Below are positions 29,257 to 39,292 of a DNA stretch of 64,000 nt, in pieces. Below the pieces are notes generated by a model that saw only the letters and a program-made list of their open reading frames with translations, had not been told where the DNA came from and searched no databases. The number at the start of each line of letters is the position of its first letter. The stretch's first letter is position 1. Origin of the DNA: an uncultured Spirochaetota bacterium (GTDB taxonomy: Bacteria; Spirochaetota; Spirochaetia; SZUA-6; Fen-1364); the NCBI GenBank assembly GCA_963845535.1, contig CAWJSK010000002.1:96001-160000 (forward strand), written 5' to 3'. A program made the translations under genes and the position numbers.

Positions 29257-29862
29257 ATGAATCTCTCGATCAAACATCAGGAAAAGTATTCTCGCGGCCA
29301 GCTGATCCTCCGCACACTGTTCGGTGGCATTTACATTGCGATTCCCCACCTGCTTCTTCTGGCAATCGTCGGGATCTGGTCAGGCATCATTTCCTTCCTT
29401 ACCTTCTGGGTCGTCCTTTTCACGGGAAGGTTTCCGGAGAGCTTCTTCAATTTCCAGATCGGATATCAGAAGTGGTATCTGCGAGTCTGCCTCGCTAGGA
29501 GTATTCCACGCTGGTTATGGCAATCTCGTAGACGGATATCCAGCGTTCTTCCCGTCCGGGAAGGGTGACAGCGTGAGGCTCGAAGTTCCCCGGCCCGAGC
29601 GCGTCAGCCGTGGTCTTGTCATCCTTAGCCTGCTGTTTCGGCCTGATCTACGTGGGGATTCCGCACGGCGTTTGTCTCCTTTTCCGTCAGATAGCGAGCG
29701 CAGTTCTCGCTTTCCTGGCGTGGTGGGCCATCCTTTTTACGGGCCGCTACCCTGCTCGTTGGCACGCTTTCAACGTCGGCACGTACCGATGGGCTACCGC
29801 GCGTCAGTCTGTACCTGGGTTATTTTACGGACGAATATCCGCGTTTCAGCGGCAAAGAGTAG
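29257..29862 (+). pseudogene. DUF4389-like tandem-domain membrane protein with three apparent frameshifts (pseudogene or read error)
   Basis: Two repeats of IPH...LFTGR(F/Y)P...(Y)P(A/R)F are spread over several frames. AAGGAGG RBS; the final frame ends TDEYPRFSGKE*. Confidence 0.65.
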
Positions 29863-29871
29863 ACTCGAAAC

Positions 29872-29904
29872 AGGGCGTCTTCCCCGGGAGGGCGCCCTTT
29901 TTTT
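29872..29904 (+). terminator. Intrinsic terminator
   Basis: AGGGCGTCTTCC...GGAGGGCGCCCT followed by a T-run. Confidence 0.8.
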
Positions 29905-29918
29905 CATGAGAGGAAAAC

Positions 29919-30434
29919 ATGAGCACAGATGACCCCACCATGACGCTTCACCTTCCCCAACCGAGTGAGATCACCGAACGGGAGAAGGACGACGCCATGG
30001 GGGCGTACCTCATGATGTTCGCCTCACTCGCCATAGGCCTTCCCATTCCGCTTTTGAACCTCATCGCGTCGGTGATATATTTCCTTGTGAACAAAAAGAC
30101 CTCCGCGTTCGTCGCGTTCCATGCCTTGCAAGCCCTGCTCTCCCACATCCCCATCGTCCTGTTGAACGCCGGGCTGGTGGCATGGATCATTACGAAACTG
30201 GCCACCCACGCTACGTCATGGGCGTGGTTTTTCTGGTACCTGTTCTTCACCATCCTGGTGAACCTGACCTACATTGTCTGGTCCATTGTCGCCCTGATCA
30301 ACGCCAACAAGGGGCGGTTCTTCTACATGCCGGTGGTCGGACGCTTCAGCTTTGCCCGGTATTACGGCCTGAAGGCCGCGCGCCAACCGCGCGCTCCGCG
30401 GGTGTGGGAAAATAAGCCTCCGGAGGGTTTTTGA
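29919..30434 (+). CDS. DUF4870-like membrane protein
   Basis: FVAFHALQAL motif, three TM segments and GRFFYMPVVG. Confidence 0.7.
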   Translation: MSTDDPTMTLHLPQPSEITEREKDDAMGAYLMMFASLAIGLPIPLLNLIASVIYFLVNKKTSAFVAFHALQALLSHIPIVLLNAGLVAWIITKLATHATSWAWFFWYLFFTILVNLTYIVWSIVALINANKGRFFYMPVVGRFSFARYYGLKAARQPRAPRVWENKPPEGF

Positions 30435-31258
30435 CCCGTCGTTCCCGTCTCCCGGCGGAGATTGCCATCCTGGCAGCAGTGGTTGTCGCCCTTGGCGCCG
30501 CCGCGTACGCCGCGCAGAAGTTTCTCCTCCCTCCGCGCGCGTTGACAACGGACATCACGAAGTCCATGGATGAAGCTCTCGGCCCGCTGATCCTCCGCCA
30601 GGTCGAGTTCTCACAAAGCGTGCTTTCTGATCCGAGCGTTACCAAGGCTTTCGCCGCTATCATGGGCCGGCTGCGCCTCGCCCTGGACCAGCTTGCTCCG
30701 GGGTCACCGAACATCAAGATCGTGGTCATTGATTCACCTACCATCAACGCTTTCACTCTGCCCGGAGGGATCATCTGCGTCTACACCGGCCTGATGCGCA
30801 ATCTCGATTCAGCCGAGCAGATGGCTGGCGTCCTGGGGCACGAGCTGTCCCATGCGGCGCATCGGGACCCCCTCGCGCTCCTGGCCCGACAAGTCGGGGT
30901 GGCTGCCCTTGCGGGCGTGCTGACCGGCGGCAGAGGCGGAGACCTGGCCAGGACGCTCGCGCAGACCCTGGTGAACGTCCACTACGGCAGGGAAGCGGAA
31001 GACCGCGCAGACGCCTTCTCCGTGCAGCTCCTGGCGCGGTCGGACATCGACCCTTCCGCTTTCGCGCGCGCCCTTGAACGCATCAAGAAGTCAGAGCCGA
31101 AGGACCCCCGCCTCCTCCAGTGGATCGACTCGCATTCACCGATCGATGAAAGGATCCAGCGGGCCCGGGAGCAGGCGGCCACACTCTCGGTCAGCGCGCG
31201 ACGGATAGGGGTGAACTGGCCCGCGCTCATCAAGCGGCTGCCGAAGACCGACGAATGA
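30431..31258 (+). CDS. M48 family metallopeptidase (BepA/YfgC-like catalytic domain)
   Basis: INAFTLPGG, VLGHELSH, EAEDRAD and SHSPIDERI motifs; N-terminal TM. Confidence 0.9.
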   Translation: MTRRSRLPAEIAILAAVVVALGAAAYAAQKFLLPPRALTTDITKSMDEALGPLILRQVEFSQSVLSDPSVTKAFAAIMGRLRLALDQLAPGSPNIKIVVIDSPTINAFTLPGGIICVYTGLMRNLDSAEQMAGVLGHELSHAAHRDPLALLARQVGVAALAGVLTGGRGGDLARTLAQTLVNVHYGREAEDRADAFSVQLLARSDIDPSAFARALERIKKSEPKDPRLLQWIDSHSPIDERIQRAREQAATLSVSARRIGVNWPALIKRLPKTDE

Positions 31259-34200
31259 CCGAAAGCGAGGACGTCCTTTCCCTTTTCCATCCCCTCGTTG
31301 CGCAGTGGTTCTCTCAGGCGGTCGGAAAGCCCACCGAGGTCCAGGCCGCCGCGTGGCCGGTCATAGCCGCGGGTTCCCATGCCGTGGTGAGCGCTCCGAC
31401 CGGCACGGGCAAGACGCTTGCCGCGTTTCTCTGGGGGCTCGATCGGCTCATTACCGGAGCGTGGCCTGCGGGCAAGGTGAGGATGCTCTACGTCTCACCC
31501 CTCAAGGCCTTGAACAACGACATCCAGAGGAACCTACTGACGCCCCTCGCCGGCCTTGCGGAGCATTTCTCCCGGGCAGGCGACAGGTTTCCCGAGATCA
31601 GGGTGCTCACGAGAAGCGGTGACACTCCCTCCTCCGAGAGGCGGCGGATGCTCGCCCACCCGCCCGAGATCCTCATCACGACTCCCGAGAGCCTCAATCT
31701 GATCCTTTCCTCGCGGAACGCCCGGCTGATGCTGGACGGGCTGGCAACGGTCATCCTGGATGAGATCCACGCCGTGGCAGCCACCAAGAGGGGGACGCAC
31801 CTCTTCACCGCGGTGGAGCGCCTTGTGCGGCTGTCAGGGGAGTTTCAGCGGATCGCGCTCTCCGCAACGGTGCGCCCGCTCTCCGTCATTGCGGACCTTG
31901 TTGGCGGCTACCGTCTCATTCGCGGCGGTGGGCAGGCCTCGTATGAAAAGCGGAAAGTCAGCATCATCACCTGCCCGCTGTCCAAGCGGTACGACCTCAC
32001 CGTCCAGTTCCCCGTGGCGGGGGCGGCGACCGGCATGGCTGCGGCTCCTGTCGCCGGGGCTGCGCCGGCCGGCGCTGGGACAGGGGTGGCGTCAATCGGC
32101 GCCGGGGCGCCAATCGCCGTGCGTCCGTTCGCTGATGAAAAGCCGATGTGGGATGCACTGGCACGGGAGTGTCGGGGAGTCATCAGCCAGAATCGCTCCA
32201 CCCTTTTCTTTGTGAACTCCCGGCGGCACGCTGAAAAGCTCAGCCGCTTCATCAACGAAGGGCTTGCCGAGCCGCTTGCCTGGTCGCACCACGGCTCGCT
32301 CTCCCGCGAGCTGCGCCTGGTTGTCGAGCAGCGGCTGAAAAGAGGAGAGCTGAAGGCGATCGTCGCCACAAGCTCGCTGGAGCTGGGGATCGACATCGGG
32401 GCGCTGGACCAGGTGATCCTCGTGCAGACGCCGTTCACCGTTGCATCCGCGGTCCAACGCCTCGGGCGGGCCGGCCACACGGTGGGGCAGCCAAGCCGCG
32501 GGGTGATCTTCCCGCTCCACGGGAAGGACATCGTGGACGCGGCGGTCATGGCGCGCTGCGTGCTGGAGCAGGACATCGAGGAGACGGCTGCGGTGCTCTG
32601 TCCGTTGGACGTCCTGGCGCAGGTCATCGTTTCCATGACCACGGCGGAGACGTGGAAAGCAGAAGAGCTTTTCGACTGGATCAGGACCAGCCATCCCTAC
32701 CATACGCTCCCGCGGCGTCACTTTGACCTCGTCCTCGACATGCTGGCGGGAAGGTACGAGGAGACCCGCGTGCGGGAGCTTTCCACCATGGTGTCCTTCG
32801 ACAGGCTGTCCGGCGACCTTCAAGCCCGGGAGTCCGCGCGCATGCGGCTCGTCATGGGCGGCGGGACCATCCCGGACAGGGGATACTTCGCCCTCCGCAC
32901 TGCCGACTCGAAGGCCCTCCTCGGCGAGCTGGACGAGGAGTTCGTCTGGGAACGGGCAATCGGTGACAGCTTCATCATGGGCACTCAAGGCTGGCGCATC
33001 CAGAAGATCGACCATCAGAATGTCGAAGTGGTCCCCGTTGACGCCCGAACCGCCATGTCCCCGTTCTGGAAGGCGGAGGAACGAAACAGGACGTTCCACG
33101 TCTCGGACAGAATCGCTCGGGCCATGGAGGACTGGAACGGCCGGCTCCAGGACAGGTCGCTGCCGGCGGAGCTTGCGGAGAGGCACTTTCTTTCGCCGCC
33201 CGCGGCGCAGGCTATGATCGACTTTCTTGCCCACCAGCGCGACGTGACCCGCAGGGACCTTCCCCATCGCCATCACCTCCTTGTCGAGCATACGCAGGAT
33301 CCCAAGGGCTCTGCAGCGCGTAGCCCCCGGGGCTATGCAGCGCGTAGCCCCCAGGGTCATAGCCCGCAGGGCACGGGGGAGGAGTCGAGGATCGTCCTTC
33401 ACACGCTCTGGGGCGGGAGGGTGAACAGGCCGTACAGCCTGGCTCTTTCCGCCGGCTGGGAGGAGAAGTTCGGATACCGGCCGCAGATGTTCCAGGATGA
33501 TGACACCATCCTGCTCCTGGTCCCGGATGAGGTCTCCGCGGCGGAGATACTCTCCCTGGTGACCTCCGGGAACGTGGAGCGCCTGCTCCGCACGCGCCTG
33601 GAAGGGAGCGGGTTCTTCGGAGCGCGCTTTCGCGAGGCGGCGGGCCGGGCCCTTCTCCTGCCCCGGGCATCCGCACGGGGGCGGACGCCGCTCTGGGTGA
33701 CGCGGCTTCGCGCCAAAAGCCTGCTTGCCGCCGTGGATCGCCACGAGGATTTCCCTCTCGTCCTGGAGGCCTGGCGGACTTGCCTTCAGGAGGAGTTCGA
33801 TCTGCCGGCCCTTGCGATTGTGCTGGGAGAGCTTGCCGCGGGAATCATTGCGGTGGATGAGACCGTCACGGCAGCGCCTTCGCCCCTGTGCAGCAGCATC
33901 ACGTGGAAAGAGACGAACACGCTGATGTACGCGGACGACACGCCGGCTCCCGCCGGCGCAGGGGGAAAGGGCAGGGTCCGCGCCGAGCTTGTGCGTGAGC
34001 TTGCGCTTTCCGCGGAGCTTCGGCCCGCCGTGAAGCCCGAGCGGGCGCGCGAGCTCCAGGCAAAGCTCCAGAGGACGGCGGAAGGCTACGCGCCGCGGAA
34101 CGCGCGCGAGGTCCTGGACTGGCTGAAGGACCGGGTCCTGGTGCCGCGCGCGGAGTGGGAGGAGTTGCTTGCGGCAAGCGCGCGTGACTCCGGCGGCGCG

Positions 34201-35850
34201 GAGGAGCGGGCGGATGAGGGGGGCGCCGCCGACACGCGGGGGGGCGTCACGGATCACGGGTTGGTCGGACGGCTGCGGGAAGCCGTGGCTCCCAGGATAG
34301 TCGAACTGTCGTTCGGTGACGTTACGACATTTGCCGCCGCTGAGATCGAGCCCCGGCTCCGCGCGGCGCGTGAAGGCGGAGACGATGAAGCGATGGCCGA
34401 GCTGGTGGGGCAGTGGCTGAGGTACTACGGCCCCATCCCGCCCGCCGCGGTCGGCGCGGTCTTCGGGCTGGACAGGACGCGGCTTGATGAGATCCTGGCC
34501 GACCTGGTCCAGGAGGAAGAGGTGGTCATGGACCGCCTCCTTGCCGGAAGCGAAGAGACGCTCGTCTGTGACCGGGAGAACCTCGAGGCGCTTCTTCGGA
34601 TCTCACGCGCGCAGGCGCGGCCCGTGGTGGAGCCGCTGCCCGCCGAGAGGCTTCCGTACTTCGTCGCGGAGCGCCAGGGGCTCGTGCGCTGCGGGACAGG
34701 CATGGACGACATGAAAGAAAGATGGGAACGCCTGTTCGGCCTCTGTCTGCCGGCGCGCCTCTGGGAGGAAGAGGTGTTTCCCGCGCGGCTGTCGGGTTAC
34801 TCGTCCCGCTGGCTGGACACGCTGTTCCAGGAAGGCGGGCTCCTGTGGTTCGGGGGTGGGAAGCAGCGGGTCGGCTTCTGTTTCGGCCCGGATGCGGAGC
34901 TGTACGCGCAACGCGGTCCGAAGGAGTCGGAGGCAGCGAGCATTCTTCCGTCTCCCAACGGGAAGTACGGCTTCTGGGACTTGCTCGACTCGACAAAGCT
35001 CGACTCGGCGAAGCTCACCGAGAAGCTCTGGGACCTCGCCGGAAAGGGAGAAATCTCGGCTGACTCGTTCCAGCCCGTGCGCAAGGGAATTGCGAGCGGC
35101 TTCAAACCAGAGGCTGCCGCCCGCGGAGTCTCCGGCCGGGGAGTGTCGGCCCGCGGCAGCTTTGCCCGATGGCAGTCTTCCCGGCCCGCCGCGGGGTTCT
35201 GGTTCCGCGTGCTGCCTCAGGAGGCCGGAGAGCAGGATGCCCTGGACCAGGAGGAGGATGCTCGTGAACGCATCCGTCAGGTGCTGCAGCGCTACGGAAT
35301 CATTTTTCGGGAGATCCTCGACCAGGAATTGCCGGCGCTGAGATGGTCCCGCCTGTTTCGAAGCCTTCGGCTCATGGAGTTCTCGGGAGAAGTGGTTGCG
35401 GGGAGGTTCTTCGAGGGTATCCATGGGCTGCAGTTCGCCTCACCGTCGGTCCTGGAGTCGCTTGGCGCCGAGCCCCGCGCGGATGCGGTGTTCTGGATGA
35501 ACGCCGCGGACCCGGCCTCCCTGTGCGGCATGGGCCTTGATGCCCTGAAGGACATTCTTCCCTCACGGCTTGCCACGACGCATCTCGTTTTTCACGGGCC
35601 CACCGTGGTCCTTGTCTCACGACGCATGGGGCGGGACATTGAGCTCCGCGTTCCTCCGGAAGATTCGCGCGTTCCCGAATACCTGGGTTTCGTCAAGGAG
35701 TTGACGGGCCGTGATCAGAATCCCCTGCAGGCTGTCCACGTGCTCACCGTCAACGGAGAGCACGTGGACAGGAGTCCGTACCGGCAGGGGCTACTGCAGG
35801 CCGGCTTTGTGGAAGACTACAAGCGCTTGAGCTACCGGGCTCAGGGGTAG
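31255..35850 (+). CDS. lhr: Lhr-family ATP-dependent helicase, full length (1531 aa)
   Basis: APTGTGKT, SPLKALNND, TTPES, DEIH, HHGSLS, SSLELGID, QRLGRAGH and GGTIPD motifs, plus a long C-terminal region. Confidence 0.93.
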   Translation: MTESEDVLSLFHPLVAQWFSQAVGKPTEVQAAAWPVIAAGSHAVVSAPTGTGKTLAAFLWGLDRLITGAWPAGKVRMLYVSPLKALNNDIQRNLLTPLAGLAEHFSRAGDRFPEIRVLTRSGDTPSSERRRMLAHPPEILITTPESLNLILSSRNARLMLDGLATVILDEIHAVAATKRGTHLFTAVERLVRLSGEFQRIALSATVRPLSVIADLVGGYRLIRGGGQASYEKRKVSIITCPLSKRYDLTVQFPVAGAATGMAAAPVAGAAPAGAGTGVASIGAGAPIAVRPFADEKPMWDALARECRGVISQNRSTLFFVNSRRHAEKLSRFINEGLAEPLAWSHHGSLSRELRLVVEQRLKRGELKAIVATSSLELGIDIGALDQVILVQTPFTVASAVQRLGRAGHTVGQPSRGVIFPLHGKDIVDAAVMARCVLEQDIEETAAVLCPLDVLAQVIVSMTTAETWKAEELFDWIRTSHPYHTLPRRHFDLVLDMLAGRYEETRVRELSTMVSFDRLSGDLQARESARMRLVMGGGTIPDRGYFALRTADSKALLGELDEEFVWERAIGDSFIMGTQGWRIQKIDHQNVEVVPVDARTAMSPFWKAEERNRTFHVSDRIARAMEDWNGRLQDRSLPAELAERHFLSPPAAQAMIDFLAHQRDVTRRDLPHRHHLLVEHTQDPKGSAARSPRGYAARSPQGHSPQGTGEESRIVLHTLWGGRVNRPYSLALSAGWEEKFGYRPQMFQDDDTILLLVPDEVSAAEILSLVTSGNVERLLRTRLEGSGFFGARFREAAGRALLLPRASARGRTPLWVTRLRAKSLLAAVDRHEDFPLVLEAWRTCLQEEFDLPALAIVLGELAAGIIAVDETVTAAPSPLCSSITWKETNTLMYADDTPAPAGAGGKGRVRAELVRELALSAELRPAVKPERARELQAKLQRTAEGYAPRNAREVLDWLKDRVLVPRAEWEELLAASARDSGGAEERADEGGAADTRGGVTDHGLVGRLREAVAPRIVELSFGDVTTFAAAEIEPRLRAAREGGDDEAMAELVGQWLRYYGPIPPAAVGAVFGLDRTRLDEILADLVQEEEVVMDRLLAGSEETLVCDRENLEALLRISRAQARPVVEPLPAERLPYFVAERQGLVRCGTGMDDMKERWERLFGLCLPARLWEEEVFPARLSGYSSRWLDTLFQEGGLLWFGGGKQRVGFCFGPDAELYAQRGPKESEAASILPSPNGKYGFWDLLDSTKLDSAKLTEKLWDLAGKGEISADSFQPVRKGIASGFKPEAAARGVSGRGVSARGSFARWQSSRPAAGFWFRVLPQEAGEQDALDQEEDARERIRQVLQRYGIIFREILDQELPALRWSRLFRSLRLMEFSGEVVAGRFFEGIHGLQFASPSVLESLGAEPRADAVFWMNAADPASLCGMGLDALKDILPSRLATTHLVFHGPTVVLVSRRMGRDIELRVPPEDSRVPEYLGFVKELTGRDQNPLQAVHVLTVNGEHVDRSPYRQGLLQAGFVEDYKRLSYRAQG
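33306..33372 (+). repeat. In-frame 24-nt tandem duplication inside lhr (AARSPRGY/AARSPQGH/SPQG)
   Basis: TGCAGCGCGTAGCCCCC at 33312 and 33336. Confidence 0.8.
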
Positions 35851-35922
35851 AACGCCGCACAGCAAGACCGTTCGGCGTCTTTGCAACGCCGCGCGCGCTC
35901 CGTGCGGCCAGGCGCGGAAGCC

Positions 35923-36678
35923 TCAGTAGCCCATCTGCATTCCGAAGCCCAGGCCTCCGTCCATGAAATCAAGGGTGGGCTGGAAAGTGACCTTGCCTTC
36001 CTCGATGTTCTTTCGCGCTGTCCTGGCCGCGTTGTCCGCGGCGACATATCTGAGCACGGTCTCCAGGATCACTCCGCCCGCAACGACGCCGAGGAAGGGA
36101 AGGTAGGAGCCGATGCTGTTCGTTCCCCACGCCGTCCGTATGGTGGACAGAGGGGAGTTGAGATAGTCGAGGGACCCGAACTGGACGTTCGCCGGAAGGA
36201 CAAAGTATGCGCTGACCACCGTCCCTACGAGCACCGTCAGATCCCATGCGACAAACAACCAGCCCCCCAGAGTATCCCCGGTCATGAATTGTCCGGCCCC
36301 CGGCAGCATGAACGAGGCTCTCTGAACGCGCTGAACATATCGTTCCTTTTGCACTGCGATGGCAAGGTGCGCCGCTATTTTCTCGACGTCTTCCATTGTG
36401 AGACTCCCGACCTGGCCGGAGGAAAGCTCAGAGGATGCGGCCTCGAGCTCCTGCTCGAGGAAGGAAGGCGCCCGAGCCGGGGCGATGGGGGCGGGCGGGG
36501 TGCCGCTATCGGGAGCCGCGGACGGGGTTGCGGCGGGAGAGCTCGCCGGAGCCGCGGACGGAGCCGCAGATGGTGCCGTGGCCGAGGGCGCACTGTCAGT
36601 CGGCGAGGGCGATGATTGCGCGAACGCCGCTCCGGCGAAGGCGGCCAGCAGCAGAACCGTAATGAGCAGGTTTTTCAT
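35923..36678 (-). CDS. Hypothetical exported/membrane protein with an Ala/Pro/Ser-rich linker
   Basis: GGGAGG RBS, signal peptide, and PGAGQF followed by TM segments. Confidence 0.75.
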   Translation of the reverse strand: MKNLLITVLLLAAFAGAAFAQSSPSPTDSAPSATAPSAAPSAAPASSPAATPSAAPDSGTPPAPIAPARAPSFLEQELEAASSELSSGQVGSLTMEDVEKIAAHLAIAVQKERYVQRVQRASFMLPGAGQFMTGDTLGGWLFVAWDLTVLVGTVVSAYFVLPANVQFGSLDYLNSPLSTIRTAWGTNSIGSYLPFLGVVAGGVILETVLRYVAADNAARTARKNIEEGKVTFQPTLDFMDGGLGFGMQMGY

Positions 36679-36754
36679 GAGCACCTCCCTTGGAGGGCAT
36701 GATACCCTGCGCGAGGTTCGGGGGCAAAGGGGGCGATTGCAAAGGGGCGATTTG

Positions 36755-37606
36755 CTAATTGGCCCTCACGGGAAGCGGGTACTCGAACACGTCCTCTCCG
36801 TCCAGATAGAGAACGACGGTGTAGGTGCCGCGGACCGGCAGCGGCACGTTGTGGAAGGAATCCGTCAAAAGCTCCAGCTTTCCGTAATCCGCCTTTATTT
36901 CCCGTGAAGGAGATGAGGCGATGGGGACGCCGGTGGGGTCGAGGATTTCCACGCGTTGCCGGTGACTCCCTTCGCCGGAAAACCACACTGTCACAAGATC
37001 GAAGCTTTCCTGCGCCGGGAACTTACGGGCGGCAAGCATGTCGGGAATTCCTGCCACGGAAGCGTCCCCCGCCTTGTCCAGCGTGCCACCTTCCGCGGGG
37101 ACGGAAAGGACAAGCTCGGGCGTGTCAGGGTAGGAATCATCAACGTTGAAAAAGAGCGAGTACTCCGCGGCCAGGTCTCCGTCCAGCGTCACCTCAACCG
37201 CGTAGGTGCCGCCCGCGGGGAACCTCGCGTGCGGGAAGACCTGGACGAACGTCGTTACCGCTGTAGGGGAGAACTCGACCTCCTGGGCCGCCTCCGCCAC
37301 CGTTTCATCCGAGTCCATGTTCCAGATCGAGATGCCGATGTCATGAGACCCCGACCCGCTCCACCGGGTGTACACGCACACGTCCTCCTGGTGCGGGAAA
37401 ACGTTCACGAGCGAAGTGTGATGGATCCCGATCAGCGCGGTCTTGCCCGCGGCGTCGTGGCTTACCGCGTTGGCAACCACGAGCCCCAAGAACTGGGCAT
37501 CCCCGGAATCACCCAAAACGTCATCCGCCGCCGCGCGCGCGGCGGCGCACGCCAGGGCAGCGGCGCACAAAAGGGAAACCGTCAGGGCCGGGCCCGCACG
37601 AAGCAT
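36755..37606 (-). CDS. Secreted protein with two tandem beta-sandwich (DUF6941-like) domains
   Basis: GGAGG RBS and signal peptide. Repeated W.SG.GSH and P..GTY.V...LDG motifs. Confidence 0.7.
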   Translation of the reverse strand: MLRAGPALTVSLLCAAALACAAARAAADDVLGDSGDAQFLGLVVANAVSHDAAGKTALIGIHHTSLVNVFPHQEDVCVYTRWSGSGSHDIGISIWNMDSDETVAEAAQEVEFSPTAVTTFVQVFPHARFPAGGTYAVEVTLDGDLAAEYSLFFNVDDSYPDTPELVLSVPAEGGTLDKAGDASVAGIPDMLAARKFPAQESFDLVTVWFSGEGSHRQRVEILDPTGVPIASSPSREIKADYGKLELLTDSFHNVPLPVRGTYTVVLYLDGEDVFEYPLPVRAN

Positions 37607-37672
37607 GCGCTTGCCTCCGATCGTCCCGCGCTCCCTCCCTCGTACAAGGATAGAGACGGGGCGAGCCAGGAG

Positions 37673-39292
37673 TCAAGCGCGCGCGGTTTTCGAATCCGGC
37701 GCGAGGGGAATCCTCAAGCTGAAAGTGCTGCCCTTCCCCGGTTCGCTTTCCACGGAGATTGTCCCGCCGTGGGCGCGGGCAATGCTTCGGACAATGGCCA
37801 GGCCAAGGCCGGCCCCCTCCGACTGCGCGCCTTTCCCGCGATAGAACCTTTCGAACACGAGGGGGAGATCATCCGAGTCCATCCCGCGGCCGGTGTCAGT
37901 CACGTCAAAACGCGCCCGGGATCCCTCCGCGGCGACCGTGACGCGGACCGTTCCTCCCGGGTCGGTGAACTTCACCGCGTTTCCGATGAGGTTCGAAAGG
38001 GCCATCTCCACGCGGTTCCTGTCGCAGGAGATCATGAGAGCCGTCCTCGGCCTTTCGATCTCGAGGGATATCCCCTTTTCGAGCGCCGGGCCGCGCAGGC
38101 CCGAGGCCGCAGACTGGACGATGTCGGCGGCTTCGTGCCTCTCAATGGTGAGGGATGCAATGCCGGCATCCAGGCGCGAAAGATCGAGCAGGTTGGCCGT
38201 GATCCAGTGCAGCTTCGCGATCTGCGACTGGCTTTCCTTCAAGAACTCCTGGTGCGCTTCAGGGTCTGATGCCGCGCTTCCCAGGAGCAGCTCGTTGAAC
38301 GTGGCAAGCGCCGTGACGGGAGTCCGCAGCTCGTGGGAGGCATCCGCGATGAACCTCTTGAGCGCGTCGCGCTCGGCGCGCAGCTCGTCGAAGCTCGTTT
38401 CGAGGTTGGCCGCCATCGTGTTGAACTGGCCTGCCAGGGCCCCGATCTCGTCACGACGGCCTACCGTTGCGCGCGCTGCGAGGTCCCCGTTCGACATCCG
38501 CCTGGCAGTGGAGGCGAGCGCGCGCAGAGGGTCCGACAGGGCTTTGCCCATGAACAGGCCGAAGGCCACCGCGATGAGGAGGGAGCCGAGCCCGGAGAAC
38601 AGCACGGCGTCCCTCATGGTGCCGATGGCCTGGGAGCTCAGACTGAGCGGGGTGGACATCTGCACGAACCCCAGGGGGGTCGCGGGGTCCCCGATCGGCA
38701 GCGTGACGGTGAGCTGCTGGCGCGGGGCATGGGACGGCGCGCTGGAAGCCTGTTCGTCCGCGTCTTGCTCGAAGATGAACCGCCGTCCCCACGGAGTCAG
38801 CATCCTTCGCGCATACATATGGGATGTTCCCAGGGGAAGGTCGCGGAACATCGGCAGAAGCTCGCGGGGACTGGCGGAGCGGGACGACTCCGCGCCCTGG
38901 GGCATGGGAAAGATGAATGGGGCGGGAGGATGCGGCCGCGTCTCTATCTCCTGGAGCCCTGACGGTATCAGCCAGAGAAACACGTCCGGGCGGCCCGGGT
39001 CGCCGGAGTCCGCGTACACTGTCCGGTCAGCCGCCAGGATCTGAACGCGCGCGTCCCCCAGGAATGCGGACGTCGAAGCGAGGTTTTGCAGCGCAACGCG
39101 GCGAATCTGCGGCTCAAGGAACCTCTGGGCCTGCTGGGCAACCGCGTTCGCGTTCGCCCGCAGGTATTCGCCCTCCTGGCTCTCCACGTAGCGCTGCACA
39201 AAGTACAGCGCAAGCGCGCCCATGAGAGTCACGGAAAGAAGGATCAGGAGCGCGTAGCTCCCGGCCAGCTTCCATCGGAGGGACGCGCTCAT
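37673..39292 (-). CDS. HAMP sensor histidine kinase (OmpR-family partner)
   Basis: ASHELRTP, NAVKF, DTGRG, FERFYR and GAGLGL motifs. Its ATG overlaps the PDZ gene stop. Confidence 0.92.
   Translation of the reverse strand: MSASLRWKLAGSYALLILLSVTLMGALALYFVQRYVESQEGEYLRANANAVAQQAQRFLEPQIRRVALQNLASTSAFLGDARVQILAADRTVYADSGDPGRPDVFLWLIPSGLQEIETRPHPPAPFIFPMPQGAESSRSASPRELLPMFRDLPLGTSHMYARRMLTPWGRRFIFEQDADEQASSAPSHAPRQQLTVTLPIGDPATPLGFVQMSTPLSLSSQAIGTMRDAVLFSGLGSLLIAVAFGLFMGKALSDPLRALASTARRMSNGDLAARATVGRRDEIGALAGQFNTMAANLETSFDELRAERDALKRFIADASHELRTPVTALATFNELLLGSAASDPEAHQEFLKESQSQIAKLHWITANLLDLSRLDAGIASLTIERHEAADIVQSAASGLRGPALEKGISLEIERPRTALMISCDRNRVEMALSNLIGNAVKFTDPGGTVRVTVAAEGSRARFDVTDTGRGMDSDDLPLVFERFYRGKGAQSEGAGLGLAIVRSIARAHGGTISVESEPGKGSTFSLRIPLAPDSKTARA

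Noticed and set aside
32092..34257. 721-aa minus-strand ORF and many similar long antisense ORFs
   Set aside because: Expected in GC-rich DNA opposite real genes; no recognisable motifs or RBS.
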